64,000 bases of DNA from a virus (taxonomy: Duplodnaviria; Caudoviricetes): the IMG/VR virus record IMGVR_UViG_3300030330_005139; one strand, written 5' to 3'. Below are positions 8,965 through 18,225 of the stretch, in pieces. Made by a program: the position numbers and the translations under genes. Each line of letters starts with the position of its first letter. The stretch's first letter is position 1. Below the pieces are notes generated by a model. The model searched no databases and had not been told where the DNA came from. It was given only the letters and a program-made list of their open reading frames with translations.

Positions 8965-9357
8965 ATGTTTTTCACTGAATTGAATGAGGAGAACTTTCTC
9001 CTCTTTGCTATTAAAAATTATGAGAACCCTCAGGCAGTAACTAAAGAGGACTTCGAAAAGGATTTAAACCATTTCAAGTACATCAAGAGGTTACTGAAGA
9101 GATATAAAAACAATGGTGAGTTGAGATCTCACTTGTTGATTAATCACTTTATTGTTCTTTACAATATCTTTGGTGAGGCAACTACGCCAATGCTTTTTTA
9201 TAAACTTGAGAATAATCTCTGGCCTGTCATTAAGACATTCGTTGTCTTTCTTGATAGGCTTCCTGAATACCCTCACACATACATCCATGAAATTGAAATG
9301 GATGAACAATGTCTAAAAGAACTGGAGAGCATTACTGATGGAAAAGTCAAAGATTGA
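8965..9357 (+). CDS. Conserved T4-like hypothetical protein upstream of primase
   Basis: F.KDL.HFKYIKRLLKRY..LLINHFIVLYNIFG motif and synteny. Confidence 0.7.
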   Translation: MFFTELNEENFLLFAIKNYENPQAVTKEDFEKDLNHFKYIKRLLKRYKNNGELRSHLLINHFIVLYNIFGEATTPMLFYKLENNLWPVIKTFVVFLDRLPEYPHTYIHEIEMDEQCLKELESITDGKVKD

Positions 9358-9655
9358 CAAGGTCATCAATGCATTTAGAAATGCAATGTATCAAGAGTTC
9401 AGTGTTGAGGATAGTGTCAACGAGGAAGGAATGGTAGCAAACCCTCCTGGGGGGAGTGGTGGATTCAGTGGGTCGTCTCCTGCTTCTGGACCTACGGCTG
9501 GTTTTGATCCTGTCATGAAAATTGATGGGAGAAGAAAGTATGTCAAAAGGTACATGGAAAAACTTATCAAAGACAGAGAGAAGAGAGCAGAAAGAAAAAG
9601 GAAGAAGCAAGCGTCTAAATTCAACCCGTTCTTCACAAACAATGGAAGAGAATGA
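9338..9655 (+). CDS. Hypothetical protein
   Basis: ORF tiles between its neighbours; Gly/Ser-rich core. Confidence 0.6.
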   Translation: MEKSKIDKVINAFRNAMYQEFSVEDSVNEEGMVANPPGGSGGFSGSSPASGPTAGFDPVMKIDGRRKYVKRYMEKLIKDREKRAERKRKKQASKFNPFFTNNGRE

Positions 9656-10052
9656 TGTCCCGGTAAGAATAGCTGTATCAGAACAAAGGATCAAAGATCT
9701 CAATGTTGTGGTGGTTAGGGTAAACACTGCAATTGAAAAACTAAGTGAGGTAAATACATCAGTTAGCAGAATGCTTGCCCTTCATGAAGAGCGTATATCG
9801 AAACAAGAAGAGATTGACTCTATACTATTTGCAAAGATTGACCAACTCCGCGATAAAACTGACGAGCATCATAACAATCTCTTGCAAAGAGTTTATCAGT
9901 TAGAGCGAAAGGTTTGGACAGCCTTTGGCGTTGCAGTTACTATCGCATTCTTTGTTTCAAATTACGCAGACTTTTTTGGTAAGTTCACCCCTAACAACTT
10001 GACCCCGACTTACAACTCAGTTATCATTGAGGAGACGAGCCGTGACATCTGA
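9642..10052 (+). CDS. Coiled-coil protein with C-terminal transmembrane helix
   Basis: Heptad coiled coil followed by VWTAFGVAVTIAFFV. ATG 9642. Confidence 0.65.
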   Translation: MEENDVPVRIAVSEQRIKDLNVVVVRVNTAIEKLSEVNTSVSRMLALHEERISKQEEIDSILFAKIDQLRDKTDEHHNNLLQRVYQLERKVWTAFGVAVTIAFFVSNYADFFGKFTPNNLTPTYNSVIIEETSRDI

Positions 10053-11056
10053 TGGATTATATTGATGTTAAATACATCAACCTTCTTTCTCCAAGACTTG
10101 AGAGATTCAAGAAGGTAAAACCAAATCTTTATAATTGCAGATGTCCCCTTTGTGGAGATTCCAAAAGGAACAAGACAAAGGCAAGGGGTTACTTCTATCA
10201 AATCAAGAATAACACAAACTACAAGTGTCACAACTGTGGAGTTAACATCTCTCTCAGCAACATGTTGAAAGAGGTGGACCCTGTTATGCAAAAAGAGTAT
10301 GTCTTTGAGAAATTCAAAGAGACAGGTACGGGTTCTTCAACTAAGACTAAGAGACCTGAGGATATCCTTTCTCAATTGAAGTCATCTAAACCTCAATTCA
10401 AAAAGAAGGTAATGGTAGAAGAGTTCAAGGATTTGAAAAACGCATTCAAGGTTGATGTGTCTCGTCATTACCTTGAGTCAAGAGCAATCAACTCTGGTGA
10501 GTTTTACTTTGTTGAAAATTTCAAGGAGTTCATCAACACCCTTAAGCCAGGAACATTTGATGACACTAAATTTGGTGAACCGAGAATTGTGATTCCTCTT
10601 GTTAGGAATGGCAAACTAATCGGGGTTCAGGGGAGAGCTGTCTCTTCTAATCCTGTTAAATACTTAACCATCATGTTCGATGAAGATGCACCAAAAATCT
10701 ATGGGCTTGATAGAGTTGATCGAAAGCTTCCCGTCTTTGTCGTCGAAGGACCGTTCGACAGCACTTTCCTCCCTAATAGTGTGGCTCTGTGTGGTAGTGA
10801 CGGTGAAGTTGGTGATCTTGAGGGAAGCGATATCGTTTTTGTTTACGACAATGAGCCTCGTAACAAAGAAATTGTTAGAAGAATCGGAGACACAATTGAA
10901 GGAGGAGGAAAGGTCGTCATCTGGCCACCCAACGTAACCCAGAAAGACATCAATGACATGGTCCTCTCTGGACACAATGTGGTTGAAGTTGTGAACCAAA
11001 ACATTTATCAAGGGCTTCAAGCAAAACTTAAATTTACAAATTGGAAAAGAGTATGA
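10052..11056 (+). CDS. gp61: DNA primase
   Basis: Zn finger CRCPLCGDS..CHNCG, TOPRIM motifs VVEGPFDS and DNEPRN. Confidence 0.95.
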   Translation: MDYIDVKYINLLSPRLERFKKVKPNLYNCRCPLCGDSKRNKTKARGYFYQIKNNTNYKCHNCGVNISLSNMLKEVDPVMQKEYVFEKFKETGTGSSTKTKRPEDILSQLKSSKPQFKKKVMVEEFKDLKNAFKVDVSRHYLESRAINSGEFYFVENFKEFINTLKPGTFDDTKFGEPRIVIPLVRNGKLIGVQGRAVSSNPVKYLTIMFDEDAPKIYGLDRVDRKLPVFVVEGPFDSTFLPNSVALCGSDGEVGDLEGSDIVFVYDNEPRNKEIVRRIGDTIEGGGKVVIWPPNVTQKDINDMVLSGHNVVEVVNQNIYQGLQAKLKFTNWKRV

Positions 11057-13356
11057 GCAACGGTACAAAGGTTAAGAAGAGGGATGGAAGGATTGAGTCT
11101 CTCGATCTCGATAAGATGCACCTCATGGTTCAGGAAGCATGTGATGGATTGGCTGGAGTTTCTGCATCTCAGGTTGAGATGACATCTGGAATTCAGTTTT
11201 ATGATGGGATCACAACTTCAGAGATCCAAGAGATCTTGATCAAGAGTGCCAGTGACCTGATTGATTTGGAAAGTCCAAACTATCAATTTGTTGCTGCTCG
11301 TCTTCTTCTCTTCTCTGTCCGTAAACAACTTTATGGACGCAGGAGTCAACTTCCCAATCTGATCGATCACATCACTGATCTCGCTTACAGGGATCTTTAT
11401 GATAAGGACATCTTCAATTATTACTCAAAGGAAGAGATTGAGAAGGTTGGTGGTTGGGTGGACCATCAAAGAGACCTCCTGTTCACCTATGCTGGATTGA
11501 GACAGGTTGTTGATAAGTATCTAGTTCAGGACAGAAGCACTGGAGATGTCTACGAAACTCCACAATTCATGTACATCATGATTGCATTGACCATCTTTAA
11601 GAATTATCCTAAAGAAACAAGACTTTCTTACGTCAGAAGGTACTACGATGCCATCTCAAAACACAAAATCAACATCCCCACACCAATCATGGCGGGTGTC
11701 AGAACTCCCCTACGCCAGTTTGCGTCTTGTGTTCTGGTTGATGTTGATGACACCCTGGACAGTATTTTTAGTTCTGATATGGCCATTGGCCGTTATGTCG
11801 CACAAAGGGCTGGTATCGGTATCAATGCTGGGCGGATTCGTGGCATCAACGCTAAGATCAGGGGTGGAGAAGTACAGCACACTGGCGTTGTTCCTTTCCT
11901 TAAAAAGTTTGAATCAACTGTACGATGCTGTACACAAAATGGCATCCGAGGTGGATCCGCGACAGTCCACTTCCCCATCTGGCACCAAGAGATCGAAGAC
12001 ATCATCGTTCTGAAGAACAACAAGGGGACAGAAGACAACCGTGTGAGGAAGTTGGATTACTCCATTCAGTTGTCAAAGATTTTCTACGAAAGGTTCATCA
12101 ACGATGGCGAAATCACACTCTTCTCACCTCACGACGTTCCAGGTCTTTATGATGCTTTTGGTACTGATCGATTTGACGATCTATATGTGGATTATGAACG
12201 AGATGAGTCTGTTCCAAGAAAGACTATTGGGGCTCAAGAACTCATTCTGGATCTCCTGAAGGAGAGGGCAGAGACTGGTCGTCTGTATCTGATGAACATC
12301 GACCACTGCAACAGTCACTCCTCCTTCAAGGATAAGGTGGAGATGTCTAACCTGTGTCAGGAGATTACTCTTCCCACTTATCCTCTTCAACACATTGATG
12401 ATGAGGTTGGTGAGATTGCCCTGTGTATCCTTTCCGCAATCAACGTGGGTAAGGTTCACTCTGACAAGGAACTGGAAGACCTCTGTGACCTCGCTGTGAG
12501 GGCTCTGGAGGAACTCATTGATCATCAGAACTATCCAATCAAGGCAGCTGAGATTGCCACTAAGGCTCGCCGATCACTTGGAGTTGGGTTTATTGGTCTG
12601 GCTCACTATTTGGCTAAATTAGGTTATGATTATGATTCCCAGGAAGCATGGGATGCCGTTCATTCTTTGAGTGAGTCTTTTCAATACTTCCTTTTGAAGT
12701 CTTCCAATGAAATTGCCAAAGAAAAGGGACACTGTGAGTACTTTGGTAGAACTAAGTACGCTGATGGGATCCTTCCTATCGACACCTACAAGAAGGATGT
12801 TGATGAGATCTGTTCACAGCCTCTCCAACACGATTGGGAATCGCTTAGAAAGTCGATTCTGGCTCACGGATTACGACACTCAACATTGTCTGCTCAGATG
12901 CCATCTGAAAGCTCGTCCGTTGTGTCAAACGCAACAAATGGAATCGAGCCACCTAGAGACTATTTGTCCATTAAGAAGAGTAAGAAAGGACCCCTTAAGC
13001 AGGTTGTACCGTCTTACTCAACTCTTAAAAACCATTACACACTTCTCTGGGACATGAAGAATAATAATGGTTATGTGAATGTGGTGGCAGTGATGCAGAA
13101 GTTCTTTGATCAGGCGATCAGTGGAAACTGGTCTTACAATCCAGAGAACTATCCTGATAATGAGGTTCCTGTTTCTGTTATGGCACAGGACTTCCTTAAC
13201 ACTTATAAGTATGGTTGGAAGACCTCTTATTATCAAAACACATATGACAATAAGACAGATGAAGTGAAAGAAGAACCAGAGAATTCTAAATTAGACGACA
13301 TCTTAAACGAACTAACTAACTCAGAGGAGGAAGCTTGTGAAAGCTGTTCAATTTAA
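11053..13356 (+). CDS. nrdA: Ribonucleotide reductase class Ia alpha subunit
   Basis: ATP cone (VKKRDG), PTPIMAG, SNLCQEI, C-terminal CESC. No intein. Confidence 0.97.
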   Translation: MSNGTKVKKRDGRIESLDLDKMHLMVQEACDGLAGVSASQVEMTSGIQFYDGITTSEIQEILIKSASDLIDLESPNYQFVAARLLLFSVRKQLYGRRSQLPNLIDHITDLAYRDLYDKDIFNYYSKEEIEKVGGWVDHQRDLLFTYAGLRQVVDKYLVQDRSTGDVYETPQFMYIMIALTIFKNYPKETRLSYVRRYYDAISKHKINIPTPIMAGVRTPLRQFASCVLVDVDDTLDSIFSSDMAIGRYVAQRAGIGINAGRIRGINAKIRGGEVQHTGVVPFLKKFESTVRCCTQNGIRGGSATVHFPIWHQEIEDIIVLKNNKGTEDNRVRKLDYSIQLSKIFYERFINDGEITLFSPHDVPGLYDAFGTDRFDDLYVDYERDESVPRKTIGAQELILDLLKERAETGRLYLMNIDHCNSHSSFKDKVEMSNLCQEITLPTYPLQHIDDEVGEIALCILSAINVGKVHSDKELEDLCDLAVRALEELIDHQNYPIKAAEIATKARRSLGVGFIGLAHYLAKLGYDYDSQEAWDAVHSLSESFQYFLLKSSNEIAKEKGHCEYFGRTKYADGILPIDTYKKDVDEICSQPLQHDWESLRKSILAHGLRHSTLSAQMPSESSSVVSNATNGIEPPRDYLSIKKSKKGPLKQVVPSYSTLKNHYTLLWDMKNNNGYVNVVAVMQKFFDQAISGNWSYNPENYPDNEVPVSVMAQDFLNTYKYGWKTSYYQNTYDNKTDEVKEEPENSKLDDILNELTNSEEEACESCSI

Positions 13357-14533
13357 AGTTTCACCAGAGATGATGAACAAAAGTATGACAGAAGTGAAGA
13401 GATTGACTGTATTCAATACAGAGCAAGTTGATTCCAAGAAACAACCAATGTTTTTTGGTAAACCGTTGGGAGTTCAAAGATACGATTCTTATAAGTATCC
13501 AGTCTTTGAAAAGTTGACAACACAACAACTTGGTTATTTCTGGAGACCTGAGGAAATCTCCCTTCAGAAAGACAGAGGTGATTACCTCACTCTGAGACCA
13601 GAACAGAAACACATTTATACTTCCAACCTGAAGTATCAAATCATGTTGGACTCTGTTCAAGGAAGAGCTCCTGGGATGGCTTTTGCTCCTTACTGTTCTC
13701 TCCCTGAACTTGAGTCTTGCATGAAGGTGTGGGAGTTCATGGAGATGGTCCACTCTCGTTCTTATACTCACATCATCAAGAACATCTATTCTGACCCCTC
13801 AGAGGTGTTTGACACCATCCTGAAGGACGATCGGATTCTCGAAAGGGCAAAGACAGTCACTGAGTCTTATGATGACTTTGTCAACAGTGCCCATTTGTAT
13901 GATCAGAATAACTTCTGGGAACTTGCCAACGAAGGTCATGATCTTGGTAAGATTGAGAGGAAGGAACTGAAGCGTAAACTTTATAGAGCAGTTGCAAATG
14001 TCAACATCCTGGAAGGAATACGGTTTTATGTTTCTTTTGCTTGCAGTTTTGCTTTTGGTGAACTTAAACTCATGGAAGGTTCAGCAAAAATTATCTCCTT
14101 TATTGCTAGAGATGAGAATCAACACCTCGCCATCACCCAGAACATTCTGAACAAGTGGAGAGCAGGTGATGATCCTGAAATGGTTCAGATCGCTAAGGAA
14201 GAAGAGGAATGGTTCTATGCAATGTTTGACAGAACTGTGAATGAAGAGAAGAGATGGGCTGATTATCTCTTCAAAGAAGGGAGCATGATCGGTTTGAATG
14301 ACAAACTGTTACAACAGTATGTTGAATGGATTGCCAATCGTAGAATGAAGGCAATTGGTCTGAGACCTGTCTATGATGTGGCAGCGAAGAACAATCCTCT
14401 CCCCTGGACACAACATTGGATCTCCTCCAAGGGTCTCCAGAACGCACCCCAGGAAACTGAAATTGAATCGTATCTCATCGGAGGTATCAAACAGGATGTC
14501 AAGAAAGACACTTTCACAGGATTCAAACTCTGA
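13337..14533 (+). CDS. nrdB: Ribonucleotide reductase beta subunit
   Basis: FWRPEE, EMVHSRSY, EGIRFY, RDENQH, PQETE motifs. Confidence 0.97.
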   Translation: MKAVQFKVSPEMMNKSMTEVKRLTVFNTEQVDSKKQPMFFGKPLGVQRYDSYKYPVFEKLTTQQLGYFWRPEEISLQKDRGDYLTLRPEQKHIYTSNLKYQIMLDSVQGRAPGMAFAPYCSLPELESCMKVWEFMEMVHSRSYTHIIKNIYSDPSEVFDTILKDDRILERAKTVTESYDDFVNSAHLYDQNNFWELANEGHDLGKIERKELKRKLYRAVANVNILEGIRFYVSFACSFAFGELKLMEGSAKIISFIARDENQHLAITQNILNKWRAGDDPEMVQIAKEEEEWFYAMFDRTVNEEKRWADYLFKEGSMIGLNDKLLQQYVEWIANRRMKAIGLRPVYDVAAKNNPLPWTQHWISSKGLQNAPQETEIESYLIGGIKQDVKKDTFTGFKL

Positions 14534-15038
14534 GTTTCATAGGAAAAAATTGAAGTGGACAAATCAATTTGTTGAAGATAATATAGACATCATTGAATCA
14601 AATTATTCTAAATTTCCTAATAGAAATAGATGGAATTGTAATTGTCATGTAATACATGATGATGATTTTGATGTTCAACATATTGATTATCCACTTCTTA
14701 GAGAGAAATATGAGAAAGTTGTTGATGATTTTTGTAGAAAACAAAACCTAAGATTGTCACATCTTAGTGATTTGTGGTACAACTACTATAAGAGAGGCCA
14801 ATATCAAGAACCTCATACTCACGACGGTCCAGTTGGTAAATCATTTACAGCAGTTCATTATATGATTTTTGATCACAAACATCATAGTGAAACTAAATTC
14901 ATTGATTCTGATATTGTTGCTCCAAAAGTAAAGCAAGGACATATTTTATTTTTTCCTTCCAATTGGACTCATTATGTTCCATACAATCAAACTACGATTC
15001 CTAGACTGACAGTGGCCTTTACCTTTATTTGTTACTAA
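14496..15038 (+). CDS. 2OG-Fe(II) oxygenase-like protein (AT-rich)
   Basis: WYNYY..YQEPHTH, FFPSNWTHYV..RLTVAF. GGAGG upstream of ATG 14496. Confidence 0.75.
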   Translation: MSRKTLSQDSNSEFHRKKLKWTNQFVEDNIDIIESNYSKFPNRNRWNCNCHVIHDDDFDVQHIDYPLLREKYEKVVDDFCRKQNLRLSHLSDLWYNYYKRGQYQEPHTHDGPVGKSFTAVHYMIFDHKHHSETKFIDSDIVAPKVKQGHILFFPSNWTHYVPYNQTTIPRLTVAFTFICY

Positions 15039-15132
15039 TGTTCGAATCTGATAACTGGGAAGACTTCCCACTGAGGGAGGGAGATTATGTCACTGGTCAT
15101 TCTCTAAATAATGAGAATGATGATGATGACCA

Positions 15133-15573
15133 GTGTGTGATTACGAAAACCCCTGGATTTTTGAAGGAACCCCTTTTCTATCTGAGAATATTGACGATAA
15201 CTTCGGTTTTGTCTATCTCATTACAAATCTCACAAACGATCGCAAATACATCGGAAGAAAGGTTTTTTGGTTTCATCGAAAACCTCCTGGAAAGAAACGA
15301 AGAGTCAAACAAGAGAGTGATTGGAAGCGGTATTACGGATCAAGTGACGAACTGAAAGAAGACGTGAAACTCCTCGGAACTCACATGTTCAAGAGGGAGA
15401 TTCTTTCGCTGCATAAAACTAAAGGTAAGACAAACTTTGCTGAGACTGAGGCGTTGTTCAAGAACAATGTTCTCACAGAGTCTATGGAGGACGGGTCTCC
15501 CCTTTATTACAATTCCAACATCATGAACCGTTATTATAGAAAGGATTACTTCACGGGCTTGACAGAGGAGTGA
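15133..15573 (+). CDS. GIY-YIG family nuclease
   Basis: GFVYLITN..KYIGRK, SDWKRYYGSS, YYNSNI motifs. Confidence 0.8.
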   Translation: MCDYENPWIFEGTPFLSENIDDNFGFVYLITNLTNDRKYIGRKVFWFHRKPPGKKRRVKQESDWKRYYGSSDELKEDVKLLGTHMFKREILSLHKTKGKTNFAETEALFKNNVLTESMEDGSPLYYNSNIMNRYYRKDYFTGLTEE

Positions 15574-15588
15574 GGGTGTGGGTAAGAT
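15559..15588 (+). promoter_or_regulatory. sigma70-type early promoter
   Basis: TTGACA, 18 bp spacer, TAAGAT. Confidence 0.55.
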
Positions 15589-15616
15589 AACTAGTGTTAG
15601 AAGATAAACTTTTTTG

Positions 15617-15835
15617 ATGGAAGAATTTTCCACAGAGACCCTCGTTGAGAACGTTCACGAGTGGGCTTGCCACCGGATGAATGAACTGGAGCAAGAGAAA
15701 AAGTATCTTGATCTTGTTGCTCTTTACGAGGAGTATCAAGAGTGGATGACCAAAGACGACGACGAGGACGTTGAGGTCATATCTATCGCAAAGATTGACC
15801 TTGATGATGACGAAAATTATGGTTGGTACGATTAA
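15617..15835 (+). CDS. Acidic hypothetical protein
   Basis: ORF directly behind the promoter. Confidence 0.6.
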   Translation: MEEFSTETLVENVHEWACHRMNELEQEKKYLDLVALYEEYQEWMTKDDDEDVEVISIAKIDLDDDENYGWYD

Positions 15836-16514
15836 TCTAAGAAACTTCTTTGTCTATTACAAAGATGGTTTGAATCATCATGTTGGTGCTGTTGAGAAAC
15901 TTTACGAGGATCTCAAGAGAGATGCACCACATCTCTTAGATGGTGATTCAGAGTGGGTTAGAATTTACAGAGACCAAGTTGAGACACCTTCACCAGTTTC
16001 TAAGGCTGGTCTTGAACTCATCGAAGAGTTTGAAGGTCTCCATGAGGTTCGTTCTGACGGCATGGTTTATGCTTATTATGATCCTCTCAGTGGAGGACTT
16101 CCCATTACCATTGGTTATGGATCCACCAAGACAATGAGTGGTGGTCCTTTCTTTATTGGAGACTCAATCACACAAGAAGATGCAAGTGATCTTCTTGACG
16201 CTCAGGCAGAGAGGGATTATTGGTCTGTCCTTGAGAGAACGATTCCTTATTGGGATGAGATGAATGAGAATCAACGTGGTGCATTGTTGAGCTTTAGTTA
16301 CAATCTCGGAGCTCACTTTTATAACACAAGAGGATTTGATACAATCTCACGAGTCCTTAGAGAGAAGGACTGGGATGGAGTTCCTGATGCTCTTTATCTC
16401 TATCGTAACCCAGGCACCAGTGTTGAAGCTGGACTGGCAAGACGAAGGGCTGCTGAGGGTGAACTTTGGAAGACACCAGTCACTAAGTATGTCCCCTTCC
16501 ATCACCCAGTCTAA
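15819..16514 (+). CDS. Lysozyme/endolysin (GH24) with N-terminal extension
   Basis: LIEEFEG..AYYDP..TIGYG, ALLSFSYNLG, GLARRRAAE. Confidence 0.9.
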   Translation: MVGTINLRNFFVYYKDGLNHHVGAVEKLYEDLKRDAPHLLDGDSEWVRIYRDQVETPSPVSKAGLELIEEFEGLHEVRSDGMVYAYYDPLSGGLPITIGYGSTKTMSGGPFFIGDSITQEDASDLLDAQAERDYWSVLERTIPYWDEMNENQRGALLSFSYNLGAHFYNTRGFDTISRVLREKDWDGVPDALYLYRNPGTSVEAGLARRRAAEGELWKTPVTKYVPFHHPV

Positions 16515-16625
16515 AATCTGTAAAGACTGTGACAATCTTAAGATAGTATGTTAGGGTCTCTAAATAAGACGAGAGAGATTGATGGAAATCATTTCTCTCT
16601 TCTTTTTGCCCTTTAGTAATGGAAC

Positions 16626-17234
16626 ATGAAATTACCTAATATTAAAACTGGAACGGTCGTTGTCGGAGCTTTGGCATCTTTCTTTATGATTACGGAGCAC
16701 ATGGCAGTTAGATCATACAAACCATCTCCAGCAAAACAACAAGTAGTAGAAGAATCACAACAAGAACCACAACCACGAACCTTAAGACTCCAAGGAGCCT
16801 CTCCAACAGAACAGGAAGTCCTTGAGTTTATTACTGAAATTGGAATCACTGATAAGAATGCAGTTGCAACCATCCTTGGAAACATTAAGCAGGAATCTAA
16901 GTTTGAAACTCGTATCTGTGAAGGTGGAAAGAGAACTGGATATTCAGGATGTCACAGAGGAGGATTTGGTCTCATTCAGTGGACAACACCAGGGAGATAT
17001 AAAGGACTTGGTAAGTATGCCAGTTCAAGAAATGCTGATCCCAACGACCTTCAAATTCAGTTAGAATACATGTTGACGGAGAGACCTTGGAAGAGAGCTC
17101 TTGGTTCATTCAAAACACCTGGTAAATCCATTGACAGTTACATGAGATCCGCTCACGTTTGGTTGGGTTGGGGAGTTCACGGAGAGAGAACCAATTACGC
17201 TCACGATTACGCGAACCGACTTTATTGGGGTTGA
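16626..17234 (+). CDS. Phage tail-lysozyme-like muramidase with N-terminal hydrophobic anchor
   Basis: ATILGNIKQES, GFGLIQWT, QLEYM motifs. Confidence 0.8.
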   Translation: MKLPNIKTGTVVVGALASFFMITEHMAVRSYKPSPAKQQVVEESQQEPQPRTLRLQGASPTEQEVLEFITEIGITDKNAVATILGNIKQESKFETRICEGGKRTGYSGCHRGGFGLIQWTTPGRYKGLGKYASSRNADPNDLQIQLEYMLTERPWKRALGSFKTPGKSIDSYMRSAHVWLGWGVHGERTNYAHDYANRLYWG

Positions 17235-17258
17235 CACCGTCCTCACAGGTGTTATAAT
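17231..17258 (+). promoter_or_regulatory. Strong sigma70 promoter driving the tRNA/ncRNA cluster
   Basis: TTGACA, 16 bp spacer, TGn-TATAAT. Confidence 0.8.
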
Positions 17259-17261
17259 TTA

Positions 17262-17336
17262 AGGGTTGAGAGGGAAGACCACTCAACTGCGGTGACTCCC
17301 TTGGTGGTTCAGGGTCAGCGGCGATAGGAACCACCA
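17262..17336 (+). ncRNA. Structured RNA (hairpin plus probable pseudoknot) upstream of tRNA-Arg
   Basis: GGTTGAG/CTCAACT hairpin, TGGTGGTTC/GAACCACCA 9-bp stem, and TGACTCCCT~AGGGTCA crossing pairing. Confidence 0.5.
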
Positions 17337-17339
17337 CAT

Positions 17340-17413
<74 letters not shown>

Positions 17414-17451
17414 TTGGTAACTCTGTTACCTTATTGTTTACTTTGATCATT

Positions 17452-17748
17452 ATGTCGGTTCTCAAATCTGTGGATCTAAACAACGTTATCCGATCCGCAG
17501 CACTGGTTGTTGTTGGTCTCCCTCTCACTGGTGGATTGGCTCTCGGTGTTTTGGCTAATCTCCCTGAAGGTGTGACTCGATCCTCGCGAGCTCAGGAGAG
17601 TCTGAAAGCAGATCTCACTCGTCCCTGTCTTGATTATGTCCTGTCTAAGAATGACAGCAAGTTGGAGCGAGAAGCTAAGAATGACATCGATGATGTCCTT
17701 GGCGGTCAGGCTAACTATACTGAAGCCTGTCGCTGGACTCTGGGTTGA
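17452..17748 (+). CDS. Hypothetical membrane-anchored protein inside the tRNA cluster
   Basis: Hydrophobic N-terminus, two Cys, terminator downstream. Confidence 0.65.
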   Translation: MSVLKSVDLNNVIRSAALVVVGLPLTGGLALGVLANLPEGVTRSSRAQESLKADLTRPCLDYVLSKNDSKLEREAKNDIDDVLGGQANYTEACRWTLG

Positions 17749-17753
17749 GTCAT

Positions 17754-17772
17754 AGCCCCTTCGGGGGCTTTT
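17754..17772 (+). terminator. Intrinsic terminator or processing hairpin
   Basis: AGCCCC-TTCG-GGGGCT followed by TTT. Confidence 0.75.
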
Positions 17773-17846
17773 GCCTTCTTAGCTCAGTTGGATAGAGCAG
17801 GGCTTTTGTAAAGCTCAGGTCGTCGGTTCAAGTCCGTCAGAAGGCT
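17773..17846 (+). tRNA. tRNA-Thr(TGT)
   Basis: GCCTTCT/AGAAGGC acceptor stem, loop TT-TGT-AA. Confidence 0.93.
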
Positions 17847-17848
17847 TG

Positions 17849-17915
17849 AAGTGTCGGGGGTTTCGTGCCTGTGAGGAGTCATAACTCTGAGGCTGTGTAA
17901 ATCCTCCATCACTCT
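17849..17915 (+). ncRNA. Long interrupted hairpin between tRNA-Thr and tRNA-Gly
   Basis: Nested stems AGTG/CACT, GGGGGTTT/AAATCCTC, GCCT/AGGC, GGAGT/ACTCT. Confidence 0.4.
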
Positions 17916-17987
17916 GCGGGTGTAGTTCAGTGGTAGAACGTCAGCCTTCCAAGCTGAATGTCGTCGGTTCGAATCCGATCTCCCGCT
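17916..17987 (+). tRNA. tRNA-Gly(TCC)
   Basis: GCGGGTG/CTCCCGC acceptor stem (one U-U pair), TCAGC-CT-TCC-AA-GCTGA anticodon arm. Confidence 0.93.
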
Positions 17988-17988
17988 T

Positions 17989-18212
17989 GTCCAAGAGGTG
18001 ATGCTCAAGGACGTTCTGGACTGGGGTTCGATTCCCCACACTTCCACTCATGGGGGTGTCCTGGTTTCGACAGGGCGTTACAAGTGTGACTGATGACGGG
18101 ACAACACAACAGATGCTAACAACATCGTTTCTTTCAACCGCAGCCTCGTAGCTGCCTGAATGGTTGACCAGGTGAGATGAGCCGGGTTCCTCAATCATCC
18201 ACTGGACCTGGA
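17989..18212 (+). ncRNA. ssrA: Circularly permuted two-piece tmRNA, cyanobacterial type
   Basis: The T-arm and 3' acceptor strand (TGGGG-TTCGATT-CCCCA-CACTTCC-A, 18022-18046) precede the 5' end GGGGGTG...GGTTTCGAC (18052). G3:U pair present. Tag ORF 18115-18159 reads ANNIVSFNRSLVAA*. Outer ends are approximate. Confidence 0.92.
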
Positions 18213-18225
18213 AGGGTCCTCCCAA

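Noticed and set aside
15029-15355. 108-aa ORF
   Set aside because: Mostly overlaps the well-supported GIY-YIG gene in another frame. At most its first ~30 codons may be a remnant.
11053-15573. Intron, intein or mobile homing endonuclease in nrdAB
   Set aside because: Both ORFs are uninterrupted and of normal length. The GIY-YIG protein is short, with no DNA-binding extension.
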